A stretch of DNA of 62,373 bases, filler included, from a bacterium (GTDB lineage: Bacteria > JALSQH01), in assembly GCA_026985515.1 (NCBI GenBank). It is 6 parts of 6 records of this genome, joined end to end, with 100 filler letters (N's around TTAATTAATTAA, not from the genome) between each part and the next. Parts side by side here need not be neighbours in the genome. Positions count along the whole stretch, not along the records: positions 1 to 12,051 come from JALSQH010000257.1; 5 more parts are not named here. The stretch is one strand, 5' to 3'. Below the pieces are notes generated by a model. That model saw only the letters and a list, made by a program, of their open reading frames with translations, made no database searches and was not told the origin of the DNA. Position numbers and translations under genes: made by a program. Below, piece by piece: positions 1-8,777 of this stretch (position 1 is the first letter of the stretch; each line of letters starts with the position of its first letter).

Positions 1-2
1 GC

Positions 3-3000
3 AGGAGTGGTGACCAGTATCAGCCCTGTGCTGTAATGGTGAATGATGCGTCTTCCAATCCCTATTTTCCCGGAAATAATGTGGTGTATGGCCAGTCCAT
101 TCCCATAACAGTTTCTTTCCCTCAGGATCACAGGGATGGAGCAAGGATCGTAATCACTGATGGTACATACATGGGTACAAGTAACGAATTTAAAGTCTTT
201 CCATCACTTGTGGGTCCAGGTACAATCCCCAATACCCCCTATGTAATTAGTGGTTTCAGATTCTTTGTGGTGTTTGATACGGCTGATATTCCTCCTGATG
301 GAAGCTGTGATTTTAATTCAACACCTGACAGGATAATTGCCGGGGAGCCCTTTCATTTCTACGTTGTGGCAAGGTATTACGGCGTCAATCCCAATAATCC
401 TCAGGATACTGCGTGCTATCAGACGGGAATATATGACAGGGCAAATCCATTTGATGGTAATGTATGGATATCAGATGCTACTGGCAGTCTCAAACTACTG
501 GGAAGTTCATATAAGTATCTGTCACCAGATTTTCCCGTAACACCCGACGGAAGTATCATAAACCCGATTTACGAGAAGTACATTGAGGTTACTGCTGTTG
601 TGGAAAAGACCGCCAGCAATGACACCATTCAGATAAATCCTTCACTGAGATCAGGGATGGGCAGTGGAGCAAGCAGTGGATTTGAAGTATTGCCAGGGAA
701 TGTTGATCACATAGTCATTGACCAGATTCCTTCACCCCAGGTGGCTGGCAGTGAGTTCACTCTTTCTGCAGCGGCAGTGGATAAAGAGGGGAATGTGGTG
801 CCCCTTGATCTGAATGTGGAAATTAGGGATAAAAGCGGGACGATTACCCCTACTTCAGCTGAGTTCAGGGATGGTAGATTATCTGTGCAGGTTATGATAA
901 CTCAGGTATTTGATGATGATACCATAACAATTGATGGTGGAGATGCTCACTCAATAGCTGAAAGTAATGTTTTTGATGTTATCTCTCCTCTTGCTGTTGA
1001 TCATTTTGAAGTCAGAATTTTGTCTGATACATCAAGCATTAAAGTGGGAGTTCCTGTGACTTATGAGGTTATAGCAAGAAATCCAGCGGGGAATGTGGTT
1101 TCTTCATTTAACTATTCAGTTTCCCTCACAGATCTCACAGGGACAGTTTCCCCCAATACTACAAAAAAATTTGAAAATGGCGTATTGAGGGATACTTTTG
1201 TTGTAATGAAAACGACAGATAATGATAGAATTTTCATTACCGGTGGAGGAGCCCGGGGTGAGAGTGTTGCCTTTAATGTTGGTGCTGGAGCCCTTGATCA
1301 CTTTGAAATAGATCACATAGATTCTCCTCAATTTGTGAATAAGCCATTTTATATCACAGTCAGAGCAATTGATATTGGTGGAAATCTGAAAACTGATTAT
1401 TCAGGCTATCATCCTCTGAGAATAGCCGATTATTTGGGAAAGATTTCCCCTGAAACTGTAACGGTTAACTTCAGTGGGGGCGTTCTCTACCAGCAGGTCA
1501 AAATTGGAGAAGAGTACAGATCTGATGTTATTTTTGTTGGTGATAACAATGGTCATTCTGGAGCAAGCAACGCCTTTGATGTCACTTTTGGTGCACTTGA
1601 CCACTTTGTATGTGAAACGCCTCAGGATCAGGTGGCAGGATATCCCTTTCATTTTTACTGTACCGCCTATGATGAATATGGGAATGTGAAGGGAGACTAT
1701 AACAAAAAAGTTACTGCAGCGGGTGAAGGTAATGGATACCAGGTTGAGGTTACAGATGAAGAGGGTTGTATAATTGTGCTGGAAGGCTCTTTCCACAATG
1801 GAAAAATGGATGCGCTGATCAGACCCCTTCCGTCCTGTCCAAATACTGATAGATTAATACTCCGCGACAACTCCATCTCAACGACCACAGACTGGTTCAA
1901 TATCAGACATGACAGGATATACTTTACAACCAGTCACATTGATGATCAGGTGAAAGGAGTCAGTTTCTCATTGAACATAAGGGTGACAGATTCTTCCGGC
2001 TACCTTTACAACTACTTTCACGGTGCCCTTGAAATAAAGGACCTCACGGGTACTATCAGGCCCACTGTAACTGGAAATTTTACCGGAAGTTCATATGATC
2101 AGGAGGTTGTAATAAACAGGACAGCACAGTCAGACAGGATCATTCTGACAAATTTTGAGAAAAAAGTAACTGAAAGTAACTCCTTTGCCGTTCATGGACC
2201 TCCTCTTGGAAGGATAAAAATTTTCCACATTGATGAGCGTCAGCTGGTTGATTATCCATTCAGAGTATCCATGGCTGCCTATGATATATACGGAAATCTC
2301 AAAGATGATTACAATGAGACGGTGCCTGTGGAGGATGTTACTGGAACCCTTGAACCTTCAACAATAACCTTTGTTAATGGATATGCAGTTACTGATGTTG
2401 TAATCCATGCCATAAGACCAGATGGTGATGACAGGATCAAAGTTACCTACAACACCCTCTATGGAACGCAGGTAACCTATTCAAATTATTTTTCCGTGGA
2501 GGAGAGAAAACTTGATCATTTTATAATTGATGCAATACCTGATCAGAGTGAGTACATATCATTTTACATTACCGTTAAGGCTGTTGATCTTAAAAACAAT
2601 GTCTATGAAGATTTCAATGGAAAGGTAAAAATGGAAGATCTTTCAGGTACGCTTGATCCCACAGAGAGCGATTACTTTGTAAATGGGGTTCTCTCTTCTC
2701 AGAAAGTTAGAATAGACCAACTTTACAATTCTGATCAGATCCATGTGTACTACTATTCAGAGGGTATCACTTATGAGGGTTTCAGCAATTACTTCAATGT
2801 TGGTCCCACACCGGTAAGAGCATTTTACTTTGACCAGATTTCTGATCAGGTTCAGGATGTCCCATTTGTTATTCACATCAAAGCGGTTGATGCAAATGGA
2901 AAAGTTGTAAATGGATTTGAGGCGAAGGTGAATCTTTCAGCAATAGTTGGTCTGCAGAATGCCATATCGCCCACACAGACAGGCAACTTCATCAATGGCG

Positions 3001-3134
3001 AGATTTACCAGACTGTGGTTATAACTGCACCCTCTCCCAGTATTTTTGGTCAGTACATTCCCATTACAATAAATGCATCTCTGCCGGGAGTGGGTATGTC
3101 GTCCAGCAATCCATTTATTGTTTATCCAAGGTGA
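3..3134 (+). CDS. Large tandem Ig-like/beta-sandwich repeat protein, probably extracellular; 5'-truncated by the window edge
   Basis: Frame is open from nt 3, upstream of the ORF-track ATG at 36. At least 8 ~100-aa beta-rich repeats with consensus LDHFxIxxIxxQxxxxxFxIxVxAxDxxGN...DxxGxIxP...FxxG...DxI...SNxFxV. Confidence 0.75.
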   Translation, partial: RSGDQYQPCAVMVNDASSNPYFPGNNVVYGQSIPITVSFPQDHRDGARIVITDGTYMGTSNEFKVFPSLVGPGTIPNTPYVISGFRFFVVFDTADIPPDGSCDFNSTPDRIIAGEPFHFYVVARYYGVNPNNPQDTACYQTGIYDRANPFDGNVWISDATGSLKLLGSSYKYLSPDFPVTPDGSIINPIYEKYIEVTAVVEKTASNDTIQINPSLRSGMGSGASSGFEVLPGNVDHIVIDQIPSPQVAGSEFTLSAAAVDKEGNVVPLDLNVEIRDKSGTITPTSAEFRDGRLSVQVMITQVFDDDTITIDGGDAHSIAESNVFDVISPLAVDHFEVRILSDTSSIKVGVPVTYEVIARNPAGNVVSSFNYSVSLTDLTGTVSPNTTKKFENGVLRDTFVVMKTTDNDRIFITGGGARGESVAFNVGAGALDHFEIDHIDSPQFVNKPFYITVRAIDIGGNLKTDYSGYHPLRIADYLGKISPETVTVNFSGGVLYQQVKIGEEYRSDVIFVGDNNGHSGASNAFDVTFGALDHFVCETPQDQVAGYPFHFYCTAYDEYGNVKGDYNKKVTAAGEGNGYQVEVTDEEGCIIVLEGSFHNGKMDALIRPLPSCPNTDRLILRDNSISTTTDWFNIRHDRIYFTTSHIDDQVKGVSFSLNIRVTDSSGYLYNYFHGALEIKDLTGTIRPTVTGNFTGSSYDQEVVINRTAQSDRIILTNFEKKVTESNSFAVHGPPLGRIKIFHIDERQLVDYPFRVSMAAYDIYGNLKDDYNETVPVEDVTGTLEPSTITFVNGYAVTDVVIHAIRPDGDDRIKVTYNTLYGTQVTYSNYFSVEERKLDHFIIDAIPDQSEYISFYITVKAVDLKNNVYEDFNGKVKMEDLSGTLDPTESDYFVNGVLSSQKVRIDQLYNSDQIHVYYYSEGITYEGFSNYFNVGPTPVRAFYFDQISDQVQDVPFVIHIKAVDANGKVVNGFEAKVNLSAIVGLQNAISPTQTGNFINGEIYQTVVITAPSPSIFGQYIPITINASLPGVGMSSSNPFIVYPR

Positions 3135-3189
3135 TTTTTTTGTGAAGAAAATTTTTTGATAAAATAAAGTCCAAAAATGGAGGTAGAGA

Positions 3190-3639
3190 ATGGAATTGAA
3201 TTCCCCTGAACTTGCAAAGGCCATGTTTTTGCAGATGCCATTTCTTGAAAAGTTGGGGATCAAAATAGCGTATGTTGAAAAGGGTAAGGCGAGGGTGGAA
3301 CTTCCCTTTGACATCAGCAATACAAATCATCTCGGGACCATTCATGCAGGGGCTCTCTATACTCTTGCTGAGACGGGAGGTGGTCTTGTTATCACCTCTG
3401 CTGCGACATCAGCAGATGTTATCGGAGTTGCGAAAAGTGGATTTATCAAGTACAAAAAACCCGCAAAGGGGATGATTTACATAGAGGAGGAGGTTGACCC
3501 TGAATGGGTGGCTGAAAAATTCAATCAGGCTCTGACAGGGGGGAAGGCAGATATCCCCTTCACGGTCCACATAAGAGATGAAGATGGAGATGTCGTTGCA
3601 GAGGTTGAGTTTGTATATCATATAAGGAAGAGAGCCTGA
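3190..3639 (+). CDS. Hotdog-fold thioesterase (PaaI/YiiD-C-like)
   Basis: NxNHLGTIHAGALYTLAE motif; GGAGG RBS upstream. Confidence 0.85.
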   Translation: MELNSPELAKAMFLQMPFLEKLGIKIAYVEKGKARVELPFDISNTNHLGTIHAGALYTLAETGGGLVITSAATSADVIGVAKSGFIKYKKPAKGMIYIEEEVDPEWVAEKFNQALTGGKADIPFTVHIRDEDGDVVAEVEFVYHIRKRA

Positions 3640-3641
3640 CA

Positions 3642-4427
3642 ATGCATATTGAACTTCTTGCCATTACTCCCAATGCTCCTCAGGTGATAGAGCGGGCGGG
3701 GAGAACTTCTTATCTCTCTTTTGACAGGATGACACTCCAACCAATTTACTATGTGGAGTTTCCAGAGGGGAGGAAGCAGATTTACGCTGAGCATTATAAC
3801 CTTCCTCCTGATCTGAATATTAATGAGGAGGTGGAGGTTTCTCCCTTTGGAAAAGGCAGGATACTGAAAAAATGGAAAAACTCTGCAGAAAAGTTCATAG
3901 AAATGCTGATTAAAAATGGACATCTTTCTGTGCTTGAGCATGCTTGTGCCACTTTTCTAATAAAGGGTGGTTCAAGAGCTTTTACCCACCAGCTTGTGAG
4001 ACACAGGATGGCTTCCTTCACACAGCAGTCTCAGAGATATGTTGATGAGAGTGATTTCAGATATGTCACTCCGCCATCAATTGAAGAGGATCCTGAGGCC
4101 CTGAAGATTTTTGAAGATTTTATGGAAGAGGCGAGAAGAACCTACGCCCTTCTGAAAGAAAAGGGAATAAGAAAGGAAGACGCAAGATTTGTTCTTCCCA
4201 ATGCGGTGGAGAGTGAAATTGTTATTACGGCCAATTTCAGAGAGTGGAGACATATTTTTACTTTGAGGGGTGACAGAGCAGCCCAGTGGGAGATAAGAAA
4301 AATAGTAATTGAAATTTTCAAAATTCTGAAGGAGCTTGTACCTGAGATACTTATCGATATGGATCTCTCTGAAGATGGAGAATATATCGTTGTCAGGAAC
4401 TTAAAGGAGGTACCTGAAAAAAAATAG
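3642..4427 (+). CDS. thyX: Flavin-dependent thymidylate synthase with a ~48-aa insertion
   Basis: GHxSVLEH, HQLVRHRMASFTQQSQRY (RHRx7S), EDARFVLPNA, NFREWRH and AQWEIR motifs. Confidence 0.95.
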   Translation: MHIELLAITPNAPQVIERAGRTSYLSFDRMTLQPIYYVEFPEGRKQIYAEHYNLPPDLNINEEVEVSPFGKGRILKKWKNSAEKFIEMLIKNGHLSVLEHACATFLIKGGSRAFTHQLVRHRMASFTQQSQRYVDESDFRYVTPPSIEEDPEALKIFEDFMEEARRTYALLKEKGIRKEDARFVLPNAVESEIVITANFREWRHIFTLRGDRAAQWEIRKIVIEIFKILKELVPEILIDMDLSEDGEYIVVRNLKEVPEKK

Positions 4428-5642
4428 AAACCACTCAACAAATTTGATAATAAATGATCTCTTTCTGAATTCCTCATAGATGACTTCCTGGGAGTTTTCA
4501 AGGTCCTTTTTGAAAACCCTGTAAGCCTCTTCTCCTATCTCTCCCCCTTCAACTATTATGTTGCCTTCAATGTTATGGAGAAAACTCCTGTAATCAAAAT
4601 TCGCTGAACCAATTACAACGGTGGAACGATCAAAAATAGCCATTTTGGTGTGAAGCACATGAGGAGTATACTCATAGATTTTAATCCCTGCTTTTAGAGC
4701 CTTTTCATACATGGCTCTCCTTGCGTAATATACGGTTTTTATGTCAGTATTCCTTGGTATTATAATTTTTACATCAACACCCCTTTCAGCAGCTTTTCTG
4801 AGTTCCACCCTTATCTCGTGATCTGGAAGAAAGTATGCACTTTCTATGAGAATTTCTCTGGAAGCATTTTTGACCATCATCAGAAAGGTGTCTCTGAGAT
4901 GTTTTCTCTCTTTATAGAAGTCTGACCCAATAACAACAACTTCCTTGTCACCTTTTTCGCTCTGATGCGGGAAATAATCCTTCTCGTTTCCCTCCAGTTT
5001 TTTTGCCTCTTTCATCCAGAGAGCAATAAACATGGACTGAAGATCAGCCACTGCTGGTCCCTCAACTCTTGCCATCACATCCCGCCAGTTGTATCCCTTG
5101 TATTTTGGCCCTGCATATTCACAGGAGATATTCATTCCACCAATAAAAGCAACTTTGCCATCAACAATAAAAAGCTTTCTGTGGAGTCTCTGGTTGAGTT
5201 TTATCAGGTTTAGTGTGAAAATTGGATGGAATTCATGAAGATTTATTCCATTTTTTTTCATTTCCCTGAAAAAGCTTCTGCTTGCTCTGATGGATCCAAC
5301 TGCATCGTATATGAGATTTACAATTACCCCTTCTCTTGCCTTTTTGATCAGAATATCCTTGAAAATCTTACCCACATAATCTGATTCAAGAATGTAGGTT
5401 GAAATATTTATGTTTTTTTCAGCCCTTTCTATTTCTGCGAGTATTTCATCATATGCAAGGTCTCCATCATCTATGATTTTTACTTCGTTACCCTTTGTAG
5501 GTCTCAGGGCTGCTAATTTTCTTATTCTTCTGTACTGCTTTAATCTATATCTTCTCTCTGTTCTTGAAATTTTCCTCCATTTAGGTGGTTCTGGAGGTGG
5601 AAGAATTGTGTGGATTTCTCTGTTTATTCTTCTTTTAGCCAT
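4401..5642 (-). CDS. cls: Cardiolipin synthase-like phospholipase D family protein (ClsB-type, no N-terminal TM helices)
   Basis: Two HKD motifs (HRKLFIVDG, HTKMAIFD), GGMNI, WRD, GSANFDxRS. Overlaps the thyX 3' end by 27 nt. Confidence 0.88.
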   Translation of the reverse strand: MAKRRINREIHTILPPPEPPKWRKISRTERRYRLKQYRRIRKLAALRPTKGNEVKIIDDGDLAYDEILAEIERAEKNINISTYILESDYVGKIFKDILIKKAREGVIVNLIYDAVGSIRASRSFFREMKKNGINLHEFHPIFTLNLIKLNQRLHRKLFIVDGKVAFIGGMNISCEYAGPKYKGYNWRDVMARVEGPAVADLQSMFIALWMKEAKKLEGNEKDYFPHQSEKGDKEVVVIGSDFYKERKHLRDTFLMMVKNASREILIESAYFLPDHEIRVELRKAAERGVDVKIIIPRNTDIKTVYYARRAMYEKALKAGIKIYEYTPHVLHTKMAIFDRSTVVIGSANFDYRSFLHNIEGNIIVEGGEIGEEAYRVFKKDLENSQEVIYEEFRKRSFIIKFVEWFLFFFRYLL

Positions 5643-6244
5643 TCTGCTATAATGTTGCCAATTGTTCCCAGTCCCCTTACATAGAAGTGATCGGCGCCTC
5701 TGATTATCTCAACTTTTAAATAGGGATTTTTTTCTTTTTCAGGGTCAATGTAACAGAAATTATCCCTGTCTCCACAGATAATCAGAGAAGGAATAGAAAT
5801 TTTATCAAGGTTCATGTCAAATAATTTGTTGGGAGGTGAGATCAGGATAAGCCTCTCCAGAGGGGCTTTTCTAATATATGCGAGATATGTTATGTATGCC
5901 CCGTAAGAGTATCCCCCACCTGTTAATTTTTCTGCACCGGTATTTTCAATTTCAACCTTCATTGCTGCCAGATAATCCTCCACACCTTTTTCAGGGTCAC
6001 CTGTTATTTCCCCCTGACTTGCCCCAACCCCTCTGAAGTTGAAGCGAAGAGTGGAGTAACCCGCCCTGTATAGTGCGAAAACCGCCTCAGCCACCACAGG
6101 ATTTTCCATGCTTCCACCAAATTGTGGGTGGGGAGGTGCCACAATGGCTCCTCCTCTTTTCCCCTTGTGGAAGAGACCCTCGAGAACAAGGTCACCAACA
6201 GGAATTAGGGTTGGTCTCTCAAGAAACTGCCCCGGAAGAACCAC
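5624..6244 (-). CDS. Alpha/beta hydrolase
   Basis: PHPxxGGSM, RFNFRGVG, nucleophile elbow GYSYG, catalytic Asp (GDRD) and His (GADHF). Confidence 0.9.
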   Translation of the reverse strand: MVLPGQFLERPTLIPVGDLVLEGLFHKGKRGGAIVAPPHPQFGGSMENPVVAEAVFALYRAGYSTLRFNFRGVGASQGEITGDPEKGVEDYLAAMKVEIENTGAEKLTGGGYSYGAYITYLAYIRKAPLERLILISPPNKLFDMNLDKISIPSLIICGDRDNFCYIDPEKEKNPYLKVEIIRGADHFYVRGLGTIGNIIAEWLKEE

Positions 6245-6677
6245 CTTCTTCCCCCTCTACCACGATTTTTCCATTTTCAATTTTAACATTTTCCACTTTG
6301 AAATCTTCATTTTCAATATAGTTAACCCTTTTCAGCACAACTGGTAGATTTACTTTGAGAAACTTGCCTCCATGAACTTCTACATACCTGTTTGGTGGTA
6401 CAAGGGATAAGATTTTTTTACTCAGTCCAAAAAGCGAAGGTTTTATGTGCTTGATCTCGAAGTTCACCGCTCTTCCGTCTCTTTCAATTCCTGTCATTTC
6501 CACCAGAATTGATATGTTTTTATTCAGACCTGGGAGTTTCACTTTCCCCGTTAATTCTATTGAGTTACTTTTAACTGAAACTTTCGCTGATTCAGCTCTT
6601 TCTCTGAGCCTTCTTGATGTGGAGAGAAGTTCATTCAGTTTGCTTTCTGGAATTTCAATTGTTACTTTTTTTCCCAT
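6219..6677 (-). CDS. Hypothetical protein, possibly LmeA/DUF2993/YpmS-like lipid-binding fold
   Basis: Tightly packed in the operon. Pattern IxESxLNELL-beta-meander...FKVENVKIENGKIVVEG resembles that fold class (by eye only). Confidence 0.5.
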   Translation of the reverse strand: MGKKVTIEIPESKLNELLSTSRRLRERAESAKVSVKSNSIELTGKVKLPGLNKNISILVEMTGIERDGRAVNFEIKHIKPSLFGLSKKILSLVPPNRYVEVHGGKFLKVNLPVVLKRVNYIENEDFKVENVKIENGKIVVEGEEGGSSGAVS

Positions 6678-6679
6678 TT

Positions 6680-7339
6680 TTACCTCCTGATCAGTTCTTC
6701 ATTTATCCATTTTTCAGTTTCTTCAAAAATAGTGTTCACCTCCTCCTCATCAAGACCTGCACCCATGGCAATTTTTGTTGCTAATTCCCTTGATACAAGA
6801 TCATATGGAGAGTGGGAGTCTGTGTCAATAATCATCTTTGCTCCATATTTTTTTGCCATTTTAACCACATGACCATTTGTATAGGAATGGCCACTCCTTG
6901 TTGTTATCTCAAGTCTGATCCCCTTCTCCGCTGCTAATTTCACATCTTCTTCGCTTATGAGGCCTGGATGAGCCAGAATATCTGCTTCTCCCTCAATTGC
7001 AGCTCTATTGGTTCCAGGTGCCACAGGTTCAACTATCGTTTCACCATGAATTACAACCACCTGTGCTCCTTCTTTTCTGCATGCCTGAATCAATTCTGGA
7101 ATCAGTGGTGGAGGAACATGGGTTATCTCAACTCCTGCAAGGAGGGTAATATCTGTGAAAAAATTCTTCATCTTTTCAATTGCTGATCTAACACTGTGAA
7201 TTACAGATCTGTAGTTTGAGTAGTCCACATGGTCAGTTATGGCGAGATAGCGGTAACCTTTGATTATTGCCCTTCTTATGAGTTCAGCAGGAATCAACTC
7301 CCCGTCACTGAAAAGGGAATGAGTGTGAAGATCAATCAT
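6680..7339 (-). CDS. PHP-domain phosphoesterase (histidinol-phosphatase-domain protein)
   Basis: DLHTHSxxSDG, ITDH, GVEITHVPP, HGET, LAHPG and DTDSH metal-binding motifs. Confidence 0.92.
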   Translation of the reverse strand: MIDLHTHSLFSDGELIPAELIRRAIIKGYRYLAITDHVDYSNYRSVIHSVRSAIEKMKNFFTDITLLAGVEITHVPPPLIPELIQACRKEGAQVVVIHGETIVEPVAPGTNRAAIEGEADILAHPGLISEEDVKLAAEKGIRLEITTRSGHSYTNGHVVKMAKKYGAKMIIDTDSHSPYDLVSRELATKIAMGAGLDEEEVNTIFEETEKWINEELIRR

Positions 7340-8774
7340 TTTCCACCCCCTCTATCTCTTTTTTTATAAGATTCCTGAGAAAACTGGCAAATTCTTCTTT
7401 TTCATTCATTGGAAAGAAGTATCCCTCTTCATATTCCCCTTCTTCGAAAAAGAGTGAATTGACCTTCACTCCGCTCATGGTGTAGTATTTACCCCGTTCC
7501 TGGGTAATGTAGAGTGCTTCCTGAGAAAATTCATCATACATGAAAATTGTCTCCACGATAAATTTTTTGAAAGAATTGATGAAGGGAAAAAATGTTTCAG
7601 GATCTGTGACTGCGTAAAAATTGAGGTGTACTCTCCGTGAAAGGGGGAAGTAGCCAAGCCTGAAGAAGGAGGGGGTTGATTCTCCCACGCTGCTTTCAAA
7701 GTAGAGGAATTTGAGAATCTTTTTTATCTGATCAAAATGCTCCGGAACGAGAATCACCATTCCTCTATATGTGCCGGTATGCGAGGCTGTTTTCCTGGTG
7801 AATTTTTCAATTAATTTTCTCTCTTCCTCTGGAGATAAAATACTTTTACCGTTTGTAACCGTGATTTCTCTTCCCTTTGCGGGTAAAATCACCCCTTTAT
7901 CCATGAGATCTTTTATAACTTTCAGAACCTCAGAATCAGGTGCATCTATGCTGTCAAGAATGACTGGAAGATATGAGGTGTACTCAAGGAGCGATATGAC
8001 TTCACTCACAATGGAACTGCTCTCCTCCATCTTTTCTTTGTAATCACCTGCGAGTCTCAATTCCCTGTTGCCCAGCTCCTGAAGAATTTTTTCTGTTTCA
8101 TCTTTTTCCTGTATACCTCTCAGTATCAGGTGAGGTGTTGGGTAGGGGATCTCCTTTTTTAGATCCACAGCCTGGTTGAGAAATACCGCGGAACCAATCT
8201 GACTTTCAAAGATCCTGAACAGGGCTTTTTCACCTTTAAGGGTACCGAGACGCGCATTCTGGATTTCCCCATTGATCAGATAGATTTTGCCTTTTTTATC
8301 ATCTATCTCAAGTTCCAGAACTCCGGTTTTTCTGTTCTGATACAGAATTTGCAGGATATCTGTTATGGAAATTTCATCAAGATTAAAGGAGATAACTCTT
8401 GTTCTATCCAGCAGTTTTTTGATCCTGCTCTGAGGGAGTATCTCGTTCAGTTTGGTGATGAATTCAGAAGGATCCACGGGTTTTGAAATCAGGACATCAC
8501 CTGATCTCCTGTATTTTTCTTCTTCAGTTATAATCATAAAAGGAATGGAAGATGTGTTGGGGTTTGTCCTTACAATTTCTATCAACTTGTCTGCATCGAG
8601 AAGTTCCAGGGGTGGAAAGACAATGACCGCTGTGTATCGATTTGAAAGTAACTTGTGGAGAGCCTGAATGCCATCTGAAGCTATGTCGATTCCTCCAGGA
8701 AAGTTCTGGAGGAGATTTTCAATTAACCTGTAATCATCTTCCCTGCTGCTGACAATAAGAATTCTTGTATTCAT
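7332..8774 (-). CDS. Pseudo-receiver + DUF4388 (PatA-N-like) + degenerate small-GTPase-like domain protein
   Basis: N-terminal REC-like fold ending ISKPVDP; DUF4388 signature LxxISITDILQILxxNRKTGVLEL...GxIYLxxGxIxxA...GEKALFRI. Confidence 0.75.
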   Translation of the reverse strand: MNTRILIVSSREDDYRLIENLLQNFPGGIDIASDGIQALHKLLSNRYTAVIVFPPLELLDADKLIEIVRTNPNTSSIPFMIITEEEKYRRSGDVLISKPVDPSEFITKLNEILPQSRIKKLLDRTRVISFNLDEISITDILQILYQNRKTGVLELEIDDKKGKIYLINGEIQNARLGTLKGEKALFRIFESQIGSAVFLNQAVDLKKEIPYPTPHLILRGIQEKDETEKILQELGNRELRLAGDYKEKMEESSSIVSEVISLLEYTSYLPVILDSIDAPDSEVLKVIKDLMDKGVILPAKGREITVTNGKSILSPEEERKLIEKFTRKTASHTGTYRGMVILVPEHFDQIKKILKFLYFESSVGESTPSFFRLGYFPLSRRVHLNFYAVTDPETFFPFINSFKKFIVETIFMYDEFSQEALYITQERGKYYTMSGVKVNSLFFEEGEYEEGYFFPMNEKEEFASFLRNLIKKEIEGVEND

Positions 8775-8777
8775 TCT

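Noticed and set aside
699..3134. ~300-nt periodicity as a DNA repeat array or CRISPR
   Set aside because: The periodicity is at protein level inside one ORF, with no identical DNA repeats or spacers. No CRISPR array or cas gene was seen in the window.
3735..3878. ThyX insertion as an intein
   Set aside because: Too short, and lacks an N-terminal Cys/Ser and a C-terminal His-Asn.
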